Shown here piece by piece: positions 13,601 through 25,563 of a stretch of 64,000 nucleotides of DNA. Numbering within the stretch: position 1 is the first letter of the stretch; each line of letters begins with the position of its first letter. The stretch spans positions 8,742,001 through 8,806,000 of the forward strand of contig NC_047062.1 of the NCBI RefSeq assembly GCF_902459465.1. The letters are read 5' to 3'. A model generated the notes under the pieces. The model had not been told where the DNA came from, did no database searches, and saw only the letters and a list, made by a program, of their open reading frames with translations. This stretch comes from Asterias rubens (taxonomy: Eukaryota). The position numbers and the translations under genes are program-made.

Positions 13601-16600
13601 TTACTTTCACATGTAGTGCAACTAGGTCAAACTTCACAACCTTGTTCAAACAAAGCAAGGGACCCCTGCTAAATTGCTGTCATAAAGGGTTGAGGAGTGC
13701 ACTGTTTGGTTTGGGTGTAAAGCAAAGACAGGTGTATACAGACAGACTAAAGCCAATCCAAACAGCGCCCTCGTAATTGTGTCCTCCATATCTCAAAATA
13801 TAGCAGTGCACTGTTTGGTTTGGGTGTATCATTTACCCAAATTTACCCAACCTTAATAGTGTCTTAGTTTTGTGTGTACTGTATCTTGAAGTGGCTTTTT
13901 TTGAAGGGCAACAGAAAACCTATTGTCGCCAAAAGATCTATGTTCCAATTAAAAAAACTCTGAAAATGATTGCATCAGTTATTTGCCACGAAGAAGTGCA
14001 ACTGAGCTTTTGTCATCGAGTATTATGTGCATTTGTGTAGCATTGCAATCCCAATGTAAGTTTTTACCATGCTTCGTAAAGTTTGGTCCAAGCACCTGTT
14101 TTTGTCTTTACTCCTTGTTCAACCCCAAAGTTACTCTTTTTGATTATAGTTCATCGACCAGTGAAGTGGAAACACTGATTGTAGGGCCTATCAATCATAC
14201 CAAATCAGTTTCCACTTCAATTTATTAATTTAAATTATTTTATCTTTAAGAGGTTATCTCATGATTTGCTGTTATTTGCACTCACAAAAAATGACAGGAA
14301 CACCCCCTCCCACACACTTAGCACCCTGGCTTCCCCAGAGCCCTTGCCTCCCACCCTTTTTGGAAAAAATGCACAATAATGCTTTGGTTTGGTGCATTCA
14401 CCACCCCCCCCCCCCCTGCTTGACCCCCATCCCCCAAGTAGAAATCTCTGGTTATGCCACCGCACATGACCAGTTAGTTAACAACGCTGAGCGACTGCGT
14501 CAAAGAAGAACCACAACAATATCAATCGTTATTCAATCTCCATGCCTCCATTATACGCCTTCAATTTCTCTTTTTTTTTTTTTTTTTTTTTTTACCTCGG
14601 ACTTGCTTGATTTGCTCTCTGCATAAAGGCTGCCTCGCACATCCATTTTCATTATCAGTGGTCAGCAGAGTTTGCACAGACTTGTGTTTGACTGGGAGTG
14701 ACTCCGTCGTCGTCGCTGATTGAGATACATTAAGCACGGATCTAGCCACGTCACCACGGGAACAAGTTTCATGGAGCTTACAGCACAGCTTCCTGGATGC
14801 CTCTAATCTGATAAGAGATAATAACGTCAGAAATTTAGTCTGAAGTCAATCTCTTCTTCTCTCTGGCTAAGGTGATGTTGCCAACTGCTGATTTCTCTTA
14901 AGATTGTAAATCTATCTTAAAGCTTCTTATCCCAGTCTTATTCAAATTGGTTTTCTTTGTGGTTAAGATAACAAATCTGGGGCTCACAACCCTTGCCCCC
15001 AGAAAATGGTCGGATAATATCAAAAGCACACCCCCCCCCCCCCCCAAACAAAATAAAAAGAATGATAAAAAACAAAAAATCAATCAAGTAATCAATCAAT
15101 CAAACAAAAAATATGCATATATATATAATTTAAAAAAAATGTCTTGTAACACTACTGTCTCAGCCTAATTTCATTTTAAGCAAATTTAAATTTGAGTTGT
15201 CACCTAAGTGACTTGTATTGTGTCGTCATAATATACAAAGCAATTTAAAAGCAATGGAGTCATTGTCCAACTGTTTTCTTAAGATCAATCTTGAATAGCG
15301 GATTGTAAAATCCTAACTCACAATAGTGAATAAACTCACGGAAGATTAATTACACTTTGTCACCATATTGTCTAGATTCTCCGTCAGCATTGTAATGTCT
15401 CGGAGCAGTTTTGCGCAAGAGGTGACCGACCCATTCAGATGAAATTTGATTATTCTCAACAGAATATTTGCTTACAAGGCATTCATTCTGAGTGAGGTCA
15501 TGAGACCAATCATTTTTTATTAAGTTTTTCTTGTTTCTTTGCATAGTTCATGTTTAATTGTTCAGCGCCTTGATCTTTGTTAAAGGCGCTATATTTAAAA
15601 CCTGTATTATTATTGATTTGATTGTAATTAAACAAACATTTTTTCATTGAAGGATTACATGATGGGTATAAAAATTATGTTAAAAAAAATAAAATAAAAA
15701 ATTAAAAGCTTGAAAATAACACAATTTTGTTAGAATTGCTTGAAAATAACACAATTTTGTTAGAATTGCCCATGAAGTATTATTGAAAGACACCTCAATA
15801 ACTGAAAGCAAAATGAAACATATGACAACTGGTTAACAAGAAAAGACTTGTTTTAAAGAGCTTTTTATGGCGAAAGATGAAATTGACAGACATGGGAAAA
15901 CATGCAGACATAGCTTACTCTTCTCTCAGTAGGTGACTGTTGTGTACTTCATCCTTCAATTGTCCTTCCAATGTATCAATGTGGGTCTAAAAGTAAGCAC
16001 GAGGGTAATTATTGGCAAGCATTTTTCATTACATTTATTTTTTTTTATTAAATGGGGAAGCCATTTAATGTTAACCCTACTTCCCTCATGAAGTCATATT
16101 CGATATAACAAAATCTATAACCTGACCTGAAAAAAAAATCAGTACACCGTTACACAACAGCTGATTTAGTTAGCTTTTACCAAAATAAGTACAATATGTG
16201 TCTAAACGCCAACAATTGAGCATGGTTTATCACTATTTTCTACTGGCTTACAGCCTGGCTTACACAGTCACATCCGATAAATGTTATTCTAACACGAAAC
16301 ATGAACACTGACTGCAGCCATGAACCTATACATCCCTACATTGGGAGATTGATTGCAGTATCGATCCAGATCCAGATCCAGATCCAGATCCTGTCTCAAC
16401 TCAATAATTAATGCTTTAAATAAATTAATATAGGTAAAATGAAAAAACTATGAAAAATCATAAGACTTATCTACATACTGGTAGTCTACTTTTCACACAC
16501 CAGGCTGATTGGGATTAAAGGGAAGGTACACGTTTGGTAATTACTCAAAACAAATATTAACTCAAAAACTTACTTGGTAACGAGAATTGGAGAGCTGTTG

Positions 16601-19026
16601 ATAGTATAAAACATTGTGGGAAACGACTCCCTCTGCTGAAGTAACATAGATTTTTTTAAAAGAAGTAATTTCTCACTAAAACGTTAAAAGACTTCTAGCT
16701 TAAGTAGAAGAAGTCCTTTATTCCTATCTGAAATCACACAAATTCGTCCAACAAGGGTGTTTTTTCTTTCATCATTTTTTTGCAACTTCGATGACTGATT
16801 GAGCCCAAATGTTCACATGATTGTTATTGTATGCTTATGATGGGATGTGAGAACACTGGTCTTTGACAATTACCAAACGTGTACAATACCTTTAACTTTT
16901 ATCTAACTAAAATGTATTTCATGTGAGGAAAATTCACTTTATATGTCAAGTTTTTAGGAAAGGTTGTATGAAATTGGCAAAAGACAAAATAGAAACCTGT
17001 CATAAAATGTCGTACACACACACATAAAAACGCCTTCATTTGACTTTTTGAGGGTAGATAAAAAAGCCCCACTTGGTGACTCTGTGGTCTACCCAAAGTT
17101 TCAGTCTTATCTTATACGATACCTTCATATGATTTACTGTTTTCTCTAAAGTCGCAACTTCCACTTTGAATTCTTTCCGTTCTTCTTCCTAAAATTAGTA
17201 ACAAACGAAAACACATGTTCAGCCAATAATAGAGTGTTTCTTTAGACTGGTCTTCAGCCTGTTTATGTGAGCAAATTGACGGTGCATGTGCATAGCGCCC
17301 TCACACGATCAACAATTAATTAAACTATGGACCAATCAGAACCGCGTAGTTTTCTGCGTTTCGTGACATTAATTTGTGTGGTTGGAAAATATTTCGGCTA
17401 CTCAAATCCACAAGAAAACTTGTACCTTTTCAGCAATGATATCTTAGACATTTGTAAATAGGAACGATTTTCAATTTAAATGTAAGTTTTTATCTAAAGA
17501 AGCGAAGTGACCTAACAAACTGTTCTGGGGAAAGAAGATAAAAAAAAACTCTTGAAAAATAGTGCACGTTTAATTTCGGCGTGGTGAGCCAACCAAAGGC
17601 CCCAACTAGTTAATATTGTTGAAATGTTACCATTTGCAGATCTTTACTGTATATCTCTGATATTTTACAATCAGTTTTTGTACGGCTTCTGTTCATCTCA
17701 ACAGCCAAGATTCCATCTTCACTCCTCCCCGTTGCATCTCTAGTCATTTGGATTGCCCCGCAGTGCTCTGCAACGATCCCTGATGGTAAACTCTCACTGC
17801 GGTGCATTGGGCTCTGCTGGTGATCCACCGCTTGCTGTTCCAATTCCAGTTGGAGTAGAGACATCGCCGATGCACTTCGGCTCTTGCGAATAGTTAATAA
17901 AACAGTCGTAGGGGAGATTATAGATGCAACAAGCTTGCTGCTGTTGGCTGGCCTAAGGGACGTAAACCGCCCCTGCACGTGAAACAAAATGATTGGAAAC
18001 GATCGAGTGAAAGGACCGTTTTTTTAAAATCAACTTCATCATTTCTGGAAATCCGAAATTTCCTTTGAATAGCCTAGATTACAGCAAATGCCTTTTGACT
18101 ACCCCCCCCCCCCTGCGCCCCACGACGTATAGCCGTCACTTTCTTGAACTCACAAGGGCCCAATTTCATTGAGCTGCTAAGCACGAACATTGGCTTAGCA
18201 TGAAATTTCTCCCTTAATAAAAACAGGATTACCAACCAAATTTTCTCGTGATTTTCAGGACAAGCAAACAACAGCTGAATACCAGTAATAAGCAATATGC
18301 AACAAATTAAAATTTGGTTGGTAATCTTGTTTTTATCAAGGAAGAAATTTCATGCTAAGCAATTTTTTGTGCTTAGCAGCTCTATGAAATTGGGCCCTGG
18401 ATAATATGGGACGTCACATCTCTCAAGTTTACCGTTAAAAATGTCCATACTGCTACTGTCTTCCTGTGCTGTACACGTGTTTGTTTTCACCCCATGATTT
18501 ATTCTAATTAGCTACTTTATTGAGATGCCTCCGACGATGACGCGTACAAAATCTATTGGTAGCTTTGTACTAAAAACTGTGTTGGTCCTACCATTTCAAG
18601 ATGACCGTTTTGACTGTGCTTTTAAAAAGAACCGAATAGCAAAACGTGTTTAAAAGGTTATTATCGTTTCAATAGATATTAGGTTTGCATCGGGAATAAC
18701 GAATTTTGTTTGTGTTCAGCAGAAATAGTGTACTCAGTAGACCTGTACTATAATACTGGCGTTATTGTTGTTACCCAATTTGGTTTATATCGTCCCTTAC
18801 GCAGTGCGAGTAAACTTTCTTTAAAACTATGCAAACATATTCATTATGAATATGAGTTTCCAATTACCAAATGAACATGCGCATTTCACCTGCAAAACGA
18901 TTTTTTTTTCCAGCCTGTAATTTGGCTTTACTATAAGAACTAAACCCTACATACATTTTTTAAAAGTAAATTGTAAGCTTTTAGTTATCTGTGAATAATT
19001 TACGATCTTACCTTGGTGCTTGGCAT
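1645..19026 (-). CDS. Coiled-coil protein with C-terminal beta-spectrin-type PH domain (13 coding exons, ~718 aa)
   Basis: Exons in transcript order, all GT-AG and phase-compatible: 19026-19012 (MPSTK, in-frame stop upstream), 17972-17631, 17188-17123, 15986-15919, 14807-14596, 11799-11720, 7299-7191, 6780-6656, 6293-6135, 4718-4686, 3319-2766, 2252-2079, 1864-1645 (2157 nt). Middle exons read as coiled coil (e.g. KLEEQSAEYEHELAELTEEL). The C-terminus [63 protein letters not shown] matches the beta-spectrin PH pattern. The 15-nt first exon and the 33-nt exon are the least certain. Confidence 0.8.
3548..3917 (+). mobile_element. TTAA-target MITE, family D (TIR AGCCATTGGACACTTTC)
   Basis: TTAA on both sides and inverted termini; homologous copies at 7807-8160, 10352-10716 and 24507-24861. 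Confidence 0.8.
3945..4075 (-). mobile_element. tRNA-derived SINE fragment (approximate bounds)
   Basis: Shares aagtgacttgcttaaggacacaagtg and cagaaacaccagagcttgagt with the SINE at about 49990-50295. Confidence 0.5.
4085..4441 (+). mobile_element. TTAA-target MITE, family C (TIR AGGGAAGGTACACGTTTGGTAATT)
   Basis: Internal sequence shared with family A; second copy at 16519-16891. Confidence 0.7.
4904..5092. mobile_element. Family B Harbinger-like MITE, degenerate (approximate bounds)
   Basis: gcccaatttcatagagctgcttaagca terminus; similar degenerate copies near 5565-5750, 26090-26275, 51826-52021 and 57030-57202. Confidence 0.55.
5818..6111. mobile_element. MITE with 8-bp TSD and CATAG termini (P-element- or hAT-like), family G
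   Basis: TSD GATCAAGG at 5810-5817 and 6112-6119; perfect TIR of about 33 bp, CATAGAGTTATATATAAGAACTAGAGGGCGCAC. Confidence 0.85.
7807..8160 (-). mobile_element. TTAA-target MITE, family D
   Basis: TTAA at 7803-7806 and 8161-8164; opposite orientation to the 3548 copy. Confidence 0.75.
10352..10716 (+). mobile_element. TTAA-target MITE, family D
   Basis: TTAA flanks; AGCCATTG...CAATGGCT termini. Confidence 0.75.
11470..11598. mobile_element. Harbinger-like MITE, family F (GGGG..ATTTCACAAAG terminus; approximate bounds)
   Basis: ggggccaatttcacaaag...tggtgaaatcaacccc with ggactagtcc subrepeats; related to 20456-20628. Confidence 0.5.
12140..12408 (+). mobile_element. Degenerate TTAA-type MITE (family A/C-related)
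   Basis: Retains the shared subterminal tctcttgcaacttcaatgaccaattgag...ttgacaatta segment. An older related element follows at about 12440-12790 and resembles about 41205-41600. Confidence 0.5.
13394..13691. mobile_element. MITE with long TIRs and an internal 33-bp tandem duplication
   Basis: cagcaatttaacaggggtcccttgct ... agcaagggacccctgctaaattgctg inverted pair; aatttaagatttcacaagggaccttggacagtc twice (13522-13588); truncated relative at about 13210-13290. Confidence 0.6.
15708..15767. repeat. Perfect 30-bp tandem duplication
   Basis: gcttgaaaataacacaattttgttagaatt x2. Confidence 0.9.
16363..16390. repeat. (GATCCA)n hexanucleotide microsatellite
   Basis: gatccagatccagatccagatccagatcc. 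Confidence 0.85.
16519..16891 (+). mobile_element. TTAA-target MITE, family C
   Basis: TTAA at 16515-16518 and 16892-16895; TIR AGGGAAGGTACACGTTTGGTAATT / AATTACCAAACGTGTACAATACCT. Confidence 0.8.
18156..18397. mobile_element. Family B Harbinger-like MITE, intact
   Basis: Imperfect TIRs of about 90 bp, GGGCCCAATTTCA...TGAAATTGGGCCC; near-identical copy at 20631-20812. Confidence 0.8.
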
Positions 19027-19217
19027 GTTTCTTTAAAATGTCTGAAAGGGCTGGGTTCCTGTATGTTTGTTTTGTATGCCTAGCTTGTCACTAATCATGC
19101 GCCCATCATTGTTCAGTAGAGCTAGCGAGCGGCAGAAATACCAAAGTGCGCGCAGTTCTTTCACAAGATTACGCGCCATTATTACAAAACATTGAGTTTC
19201 CATATTTTTGTTGGAAC

Positions 19218-19728
19218 CATAGAGCTATATATATTGACTATAGAGCGCTAACACCCCGTTATACACGCACTAAGGTTTTGAAGCCGTGTGGGCGCATCCA
19301 TGTTTATGTACAAACCAATACATACAAAAGCTTGAAATTTTGTACGGCAATTGTACGGCTATTTGCATGATAGTGCGTTTGTTCTTTTCTATGTGTCATC
19401 GAAGCAAAAAATGCAGCAAATGTGAACGCACAATCTGCTGATGAGCGTACAAAACTGCGAGCGCCATGTGCGTCATGTTTAAAAGGCGCGTATACTTTTT
19501 TTAGTACATCAATCAAGTCGAACATACGGTTTTCGTAGCGCGGACGTGCGCGAATGGGCAGTCGCGTACGACGAAAGCGCACATGCCGAATTAAAAACAA
19601 ATCGCGGCAATGTGTGTTCTCTTAAAATTAAAATCGTTCCGTAGTCACGCAACACATCAAACATGTCTGCGCTCAGGGTGGCTTCAAAACGCGGAGCAAG
19701 TTAGCGCTCTAGTCAATATAGCTCTATG
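19218..19728. mobile_element. CpG-rich MITE with 8-bp TSD and CATAG termini (P- or hAT-like), family H
   Basis: TSD GTTGGAAC at 19210-19217 and 19729-19736; TIR CATAGAGCTATAT..TGACTA..GAGCGCTAAC. Confidence 0.85.
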
Positions 19729-20455
19729 GTTGGAACGCGCATAATCTGCAGACGAACCGATATCATGGCTTTGTAAAATAAACGTGCAAAAACAGTTGGT
19801 AGTAGAGCGCTGGGAGGTCGCAGGTACAATTCCCGCTCTCTCTACTCAATGTTTATGTCATCAACGAAAATTTATTAAAACACATAGCCGGTTACTTCCC
19901 CTCGTGGTTTTCATAACTTTATGTTTTTGATATTCTTTTCAGAAGGGAGGTTGTTTGTGGTATTTGTTCGGTTTCCCTTATATTAAATCATGGAGGAAAT
20001 CAAACAGGTTTGTTAAAGTCGACAGAAAATAACAGAACGCTGATTCTTGTTCAACGGTTATTTCCTGCCACCTGGCAAAAATAACGATCTTGAGACATTC
20101 TGCAAGTGCTAGAACAGATTCCATTGTTCGCAACTGTCTACGTAAAATACAATAAATATTGGATTGGCAATACAATTTGCATTTAGATTCTGATTCAAGG
20201 GGCTGTTGTTGTCAGGATCAAAGCATTTCCCGAGGTGTAGTCCCCCTATGGAACGCTGAACGCTACCCCCGCCCCCCCCCAATAATTTCGTATCAAATAT
20301 ACTGTCCGAAATTCTGTGTAGAAATGAAGGAATTCAGTAGGGCTGTAGAAACAAAGAACCATCTCTTATAAAGAACCAATGCGTATCACTGTGCAAGGGT
20401 CAGGTTTTCCCAAACATGTTGGTGCGAGGTGATGGAGAGGAGATCACGGTCACCC

Positions 20456-20628
20456 GGGTCTGATTTAAAACATAGTCCTAACTTAGGACTAGTCCAAGGC
20501 AATGCTAAGAGATAGGACTGGTCCTAAAGTTAGGGACCAGTAACTCATCCTAACTTAGGACTGGTCCTATCTCTTAGCATTGCCTAGGACTAGTCCTAAG
20601 TTAGGACTACCTTTGTGAAATCCACCCC
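20456..20628. mobile_element. Family F palindromic MITE built from nested TAGTCCTAACTTAGGACTA hairpins
   Basis: Almost the whole element is one inverted repeat; right terminus ctttgtgaaatccacccc; directly abuts a family B copy. Confidence 0.7.
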
Positions 20629-20630
20629 TT

Positions 20631-20812
20631 GTCCCAATTTCATAGAGCTGCTAAGCACGAAAATTTGCTTAGCATGACATGATAAAAACAGGGTTACCAA
20701 CCAAATTATCCTGAAAAAAATTGAAAATTGTGTTGGCAATCCTGTTTTTATCAAGGAAGAAATTTCATGCTAAGCAAATTTTTGTGCTTAGCAGCTCTAT
20801 GAAATTGGGCCC
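20631..20812. mobile_element. Family B Harbinger-like MITE
   Basis: TIRs as at 18156-18397. Confidence 0.75.
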
Positions 20813-22828
20813 AGCTCTATAGGCAAAAACAAAAATAGCCAGGCACAACAAAATTATGCTTATACCAGGAAAAGGTTACCGGCTAAAATAACATTTCACT
20901 GTGACTGGCATCCTTCTTATTGTTACTAAGCAGAATTATTTTAAGCACTATTTACTGTTGCTAAGAAAATATCAACAAATATTGTAAAATCATAATCAAG
21001 GATTCAAGTTTGCTTGATGCCAGACTATTATGTTTTAATGTACAAGTCAGTAACAAGTATACAGATATCTTCACAATTATGATGCTGGGCTAAGACCACA
21101 ATATCCAATATTTCTTCTTATCTTCAAAAGCAATATATATTTCAGCCTATCAACTTCAAATGCTGCATAGTACTCTAATACCAGTTTAGGAAAAAATATA
21201 TATATAATACAAATATACATAAATATGGAAAACTAAAAGCTAGTAAGAAACATCTCTTTTATACTCGAGATAAATATCAAGTGGACTTACACTTAACTAC
21301 TTCAACTTGAATGTTATAGCTTTTAAAAACTCTTTTACGTAGCATCTCTATACATATTGTTATAAATAAGTTTAAGATAAAAAGTGCCAACACAATTAAC
21401 AAAACAACGCAGGCAACAAAAACAAAATGTAAAGCTTAATCATTTATGATACAGGATTGATTTTGATATTAAACACTATGAAGTTATTACAAATAATATT
21501 GGAAATTTATGATTTTGTTTAAAGCATCCAGACCTCAACAACAATTACATCAGTAATTGTCAAAGACCAGTATCTGCAGTTCATGTGACCCAATACATGA
21601 AATAATAAAGCTGTGACACTCATGCACAATCAGTCATAAAAGTCGCAAGAAAAACAGTGAAACTCCCTTATTTGTATTATTATTATTATTTTTTTTATTA
21701 CTGTTTTTAAGCATCAGGCTTTTACTGAAATCCATTTCTCATAACTTAGGCATGGTCTTTGGTCCTTGGAAAATGTTCATGTACATGTGGTGTTGGCTTT
21801 AATAGACATTTTAGGCTATTTAATCAAACTTTTCAGATTTTTCCAGGAGCAAAAACAAAATCGGAAATCAGGAAAATATCATGCCTGTAAATTATAGCAT
21901 TTCAAGCAAAACACTTCAAGGCAAGTTTTCCACCATGACCATCGTTATACCATGTAACGTTATGTGCGAAACTGTGAACATTCGTTTTTTCCATCTCACC
22001 AATGTTGTACACACTCTTTAATGGTTCAATCATAGATTGGTTTTTGTCAAAATAATGCTGATACAAAAAAAAAAACTGTAAAAGTTTCAGTTGAATACAG
22101 TGTTTACTTACTGAGACACTATTCAACTGAAAACAATGTAACGTGCTGAGAAAACAGCAACAAACTGTCAAGTTATAGCAAACTCAAGTATTACACAAAA
22201 CACAATGTCCACAGATTTGCATCAAACGTACACCGTTTGAAGATAATGATAGTTGAAAGTGTACCTTAAAATATTAGTTGCTGAGGTGCTGTAGTTTTTT
22301 GGGAAATGAGTAAAACAATTTCATAAACTACAGCACCTCAGCAAGTAATGTTTTCAGGGAAGCTTTCTAGCATCATTTTCTTCAAACTGTGTAAGTTTAA
22401 TGTAAATCTATGGACAATGTGTTTCTTGTCCTACAAAAAGTACATAGACCCTTTAAACTCAAATGTTTTGCCGTGAAATATTATCAAAACCATATCTCTT
22501 TGATTTGAATCCTTTATCAACATAGTTTATCAACAGCTGCAGTGCTTCTCATAAAGACACTTGTTTTTAAGTCAATAGACTTTGAAGCAATTACCAAACA
22601 TCTTCCTTTAAAAACAATTACTTTTCTAAAACCAATCCATACAATTTCTAACACACCAAAAAAACATGACAATAAAAATATTCACAGATTCAAAAAAAGG
22701 TAAACAAGAAAAGAACTCTGACAATAAATATGCAGTTACATTTTCATGAAAAAATACAACCTCATATACATGTAAAAATATAATTCTTAAGGTGTCAGGT
22801 GCTATCTTTTAAAATATAATATATTTAA

Positions 22829-23157
22829 AGGAACTTTACAGAATTGGTAAGAAACAAAAATCGTGAAGATCACAAATTTACATAAAACTTCCACGGTTTA
22901 ATGACGATGATAGAAGAAAACATCCCTTGAAATATTTCTGTCTGAAATAATCTAATTTTGCATTTGGGGTTTATCGCTCAGTGAGTTTTTATTCATTTTT
23001 GTTTTGGCATCGATGCAATGCAAAATTTGTAATCGGTTTTTCACTATTCTCTCATGACCCAGATGGCCGATCAATCTTGAACTTCTACAGGTTTGTCAGT
23101 GTATTTACACTGCCAGCAACTGTTTTGTTAGCAAAAAAACAATTCTGTAATGTTCCT
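22829..23157 (-). mobile_element. TTAA-target MITE, family E (TIR AGGAAC(T/A)TTACAGAATTG)
   Basis: TTAA at 22825-22828 and 23158-23161; internal layout parallels family D. Confidence 0.7.
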
Positions 23158-24506
23158 TTAAGATTAAGTATCTTTTAAGATAAGTATTACTTAGGAAATA
23201 CATGCCATGGTAAGGGCATAAGCTTTACACAGTATCTTTTCAGTTGTGATAGAACACAGAGACCGTGCTTAATTGCGCATCTCTATAGCAACAGACCACG
23301 ACTACACTGGTTTATACTGCCAGTGCAAGTTGTGTATTGATGGCATACAGGTAAAAAGAAAGTCAAGGATACCTCTTCTCATTATTACAATACTGTCTCA
23401 GGTATACTGGCTAAATATAGCACTGACCCTACCTCAGGTGCAGCAGTAGAGATGGTGAAATTGCTTCTTGCACACAGTAGTTACTAATTATGTAAAACAA
23501 GCTAATCATCAAACGCATTGTTTGATGAGTTTTATGAAAAAAATGGGTGGAGACTGTGGCAATTAAGGGTGCCCCCCCCCCCCGGCCCACCCTCTCCAAT
23601 TTGAAATCACATTTTTGTGTTCGGAAAATTTTCAGCGTAAAAGGTACATTTTATCTGCTTTAATGTGAACATTTTTATGTTCTTAAAACTGTTTTGTTCC
23701 CCCCATTTATAAGTTGGCAAGTGAATGTATTAGTTTTCACACTCGCACCAGATTATGAACTTATAAAATAATAATCGACATTTTATTAAAAATTGGCCAG
23801 AAGTGTCCCCTGTAAAAGAATTTTGTAACCCCTTTGTGCCCAAGACATTATACAGCGCTGAGATCTTGGCAATTTGTTCTGAGAGATTAAAGTAAAACAG
23901 TGATATTTAAAAACTGTCTTCCTCCAAATATATTTTACCAATCAGTCACACTTCACAGTACACAGTGATCTGAGTAAGGCGTTGTAATGATTTGGTATTA
24001 AAAAAACTGTCTGAAGAGTATACTTTTGGGGTAAAATTATGTATTGTTTCTCAGTTCTTTCACTGTAATAATGTAAGATATTGCCGTAGGTTTCATGTTT
24101 CGATTTTAGATAACTACACCTCAGTGTTTAAATGTCAGCAGTACATGAATGCAAAGGTCTACATTAATCTGAATTTAAATTCACAATCTTAATCTGGACA
24201 TATTCAGACTCTCCCTGAACATATTAAAACATCTGAGTTCTTTTATAATACATGTAAGTGGGATAACATATAAATTTAATTAACCGTGTCTCAAGGTTGC
24301 GATATTGACAAATTTGAGTAAAGGCTGCCACTAAAAGGCTGAACAGTACCTGCAAGCTTATAAAGTAGACTTGTGTACCAGTCTTTACGTTTAAGAGGCA
24401 GAAAACAAAACACTCGTTCAGATTTCACTTCAGATTTCACATAAAAGTTAAACAATAACCTATTTTTGAAAAATTCTCCAAAACCATCTACAATCATCAG
24501 ACTTAA

Positions 24507-24861
24507 AGCCATTGGACACTTTTGGTAAACAGTATTGTCCAAGGCCCACACTTCGTGTATCACAACTTCTATATAAAATAACAAACCTGTGAAAATTTAG
24601 GCTCAATTGATCATCGGGAAAAAATAACGTGAAAACCCACACTTGTTTCCGCATGTTTCGCCGTGTCATGACATGTGTTTAAAATAAATCCGTAATTCTC
24701 GATATAAAGAATTTATATTGTTTTAATTTTTTCTCAAAAAGTAAAGCATTTCATGGAATAATATTTCAAGAGAAGTCTTTCACCATTACCTTCTGTAAAC
24801 CCTGTTTTTGTAAATCAGTGAACTTTTTTCTTTTTTTCTGTACCGAAAGTGTCCAGTGGCT
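24507..24861 (-). mobile_element. TTAA-target MITE, family D
   Basis: TTAA flanks; TIR AGCCATTGGACACTTT / AAAGTGTCCAGTGGCT. Confidence 0.8.
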
Positions 24862-25563
24862 TTAAGAAATGTTAAAACATTTCTTACTTAGTGCTTCAAA
24901 TAAAATTGTTTTACACTCTGCAGTTTGTTTCAATGTGGTTTTCATTTCTTTTACTTGTAACATAGGAATAACAATTTATTATTTTTGCAGGTTAGTTTTT
25001 TAGCGGCAAGTCATACAATCAATCATGTACTTGTACATGGCACTGAGTAATAATTCTTTCAGGAACTACTGACGCACTGACATCAATTTTGGTCACTATG
25101 AACGTGAATAGAAAAGAAACAGTCACTGGATAAGAGCCATGCAAGAAGGTGTATACAAGAAAACGCTTTTGATTATGCATGCATGCATTTAATAATTGTA
25201 ATAATAGTCTCTCAGTGTGCTTTTAAAAAACACCTTATGTCAATAGCTCTCTATAAAGGCCTTATTTCTATGCGTTCTATGCGTGTATCTTCTGGCATTG
25301 TTTTCCTTCTACACTGCTATTTCTAGCCAGACAAATTTAATAAATAGATAGACCTACATGTAGCACTGTAAATTGTCCACATTTCTATAAACATAGAAAT
25401 TTGGTTTCAACTAGCAGGCATGCAATAACTTAACATCAAATATTTTTGGTTCATTTAAATAAGGGACAAACCCAACAGGCAAATCACAAACCCACCATTT
25501 TTTAACAAATTACTGACCTCTTTGGCAGAATAAATGGGATTCAGGAGAGATTATTCCACAATC

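Noticed and set aside
15350-15480. Candidate extra exon of the PH-domain gene (CAKLLRDITMLTENLDNMVTK frame)
   Set aside because: The strong donor is preceded by stops in all frames, and the 15986-15919 exon already joins the neighbouring exons in phase.
19795-19840. TACAATTCCC resembling the ZNF143/THAP11 ACTACA motif
   Set aside because: Better explained as the degenerate B box of a tRNA-derived SINE fragment (an A-box-like agttggtagtagagcg lies just upstream).
19978-20175. 65-aa minus-strand ORF, and a plus-strand MEEIKQ|gtttgt mini-exon, upstream of the PH gene
   Set aside because: No recognisable domain and no compatible downstream exons were found.
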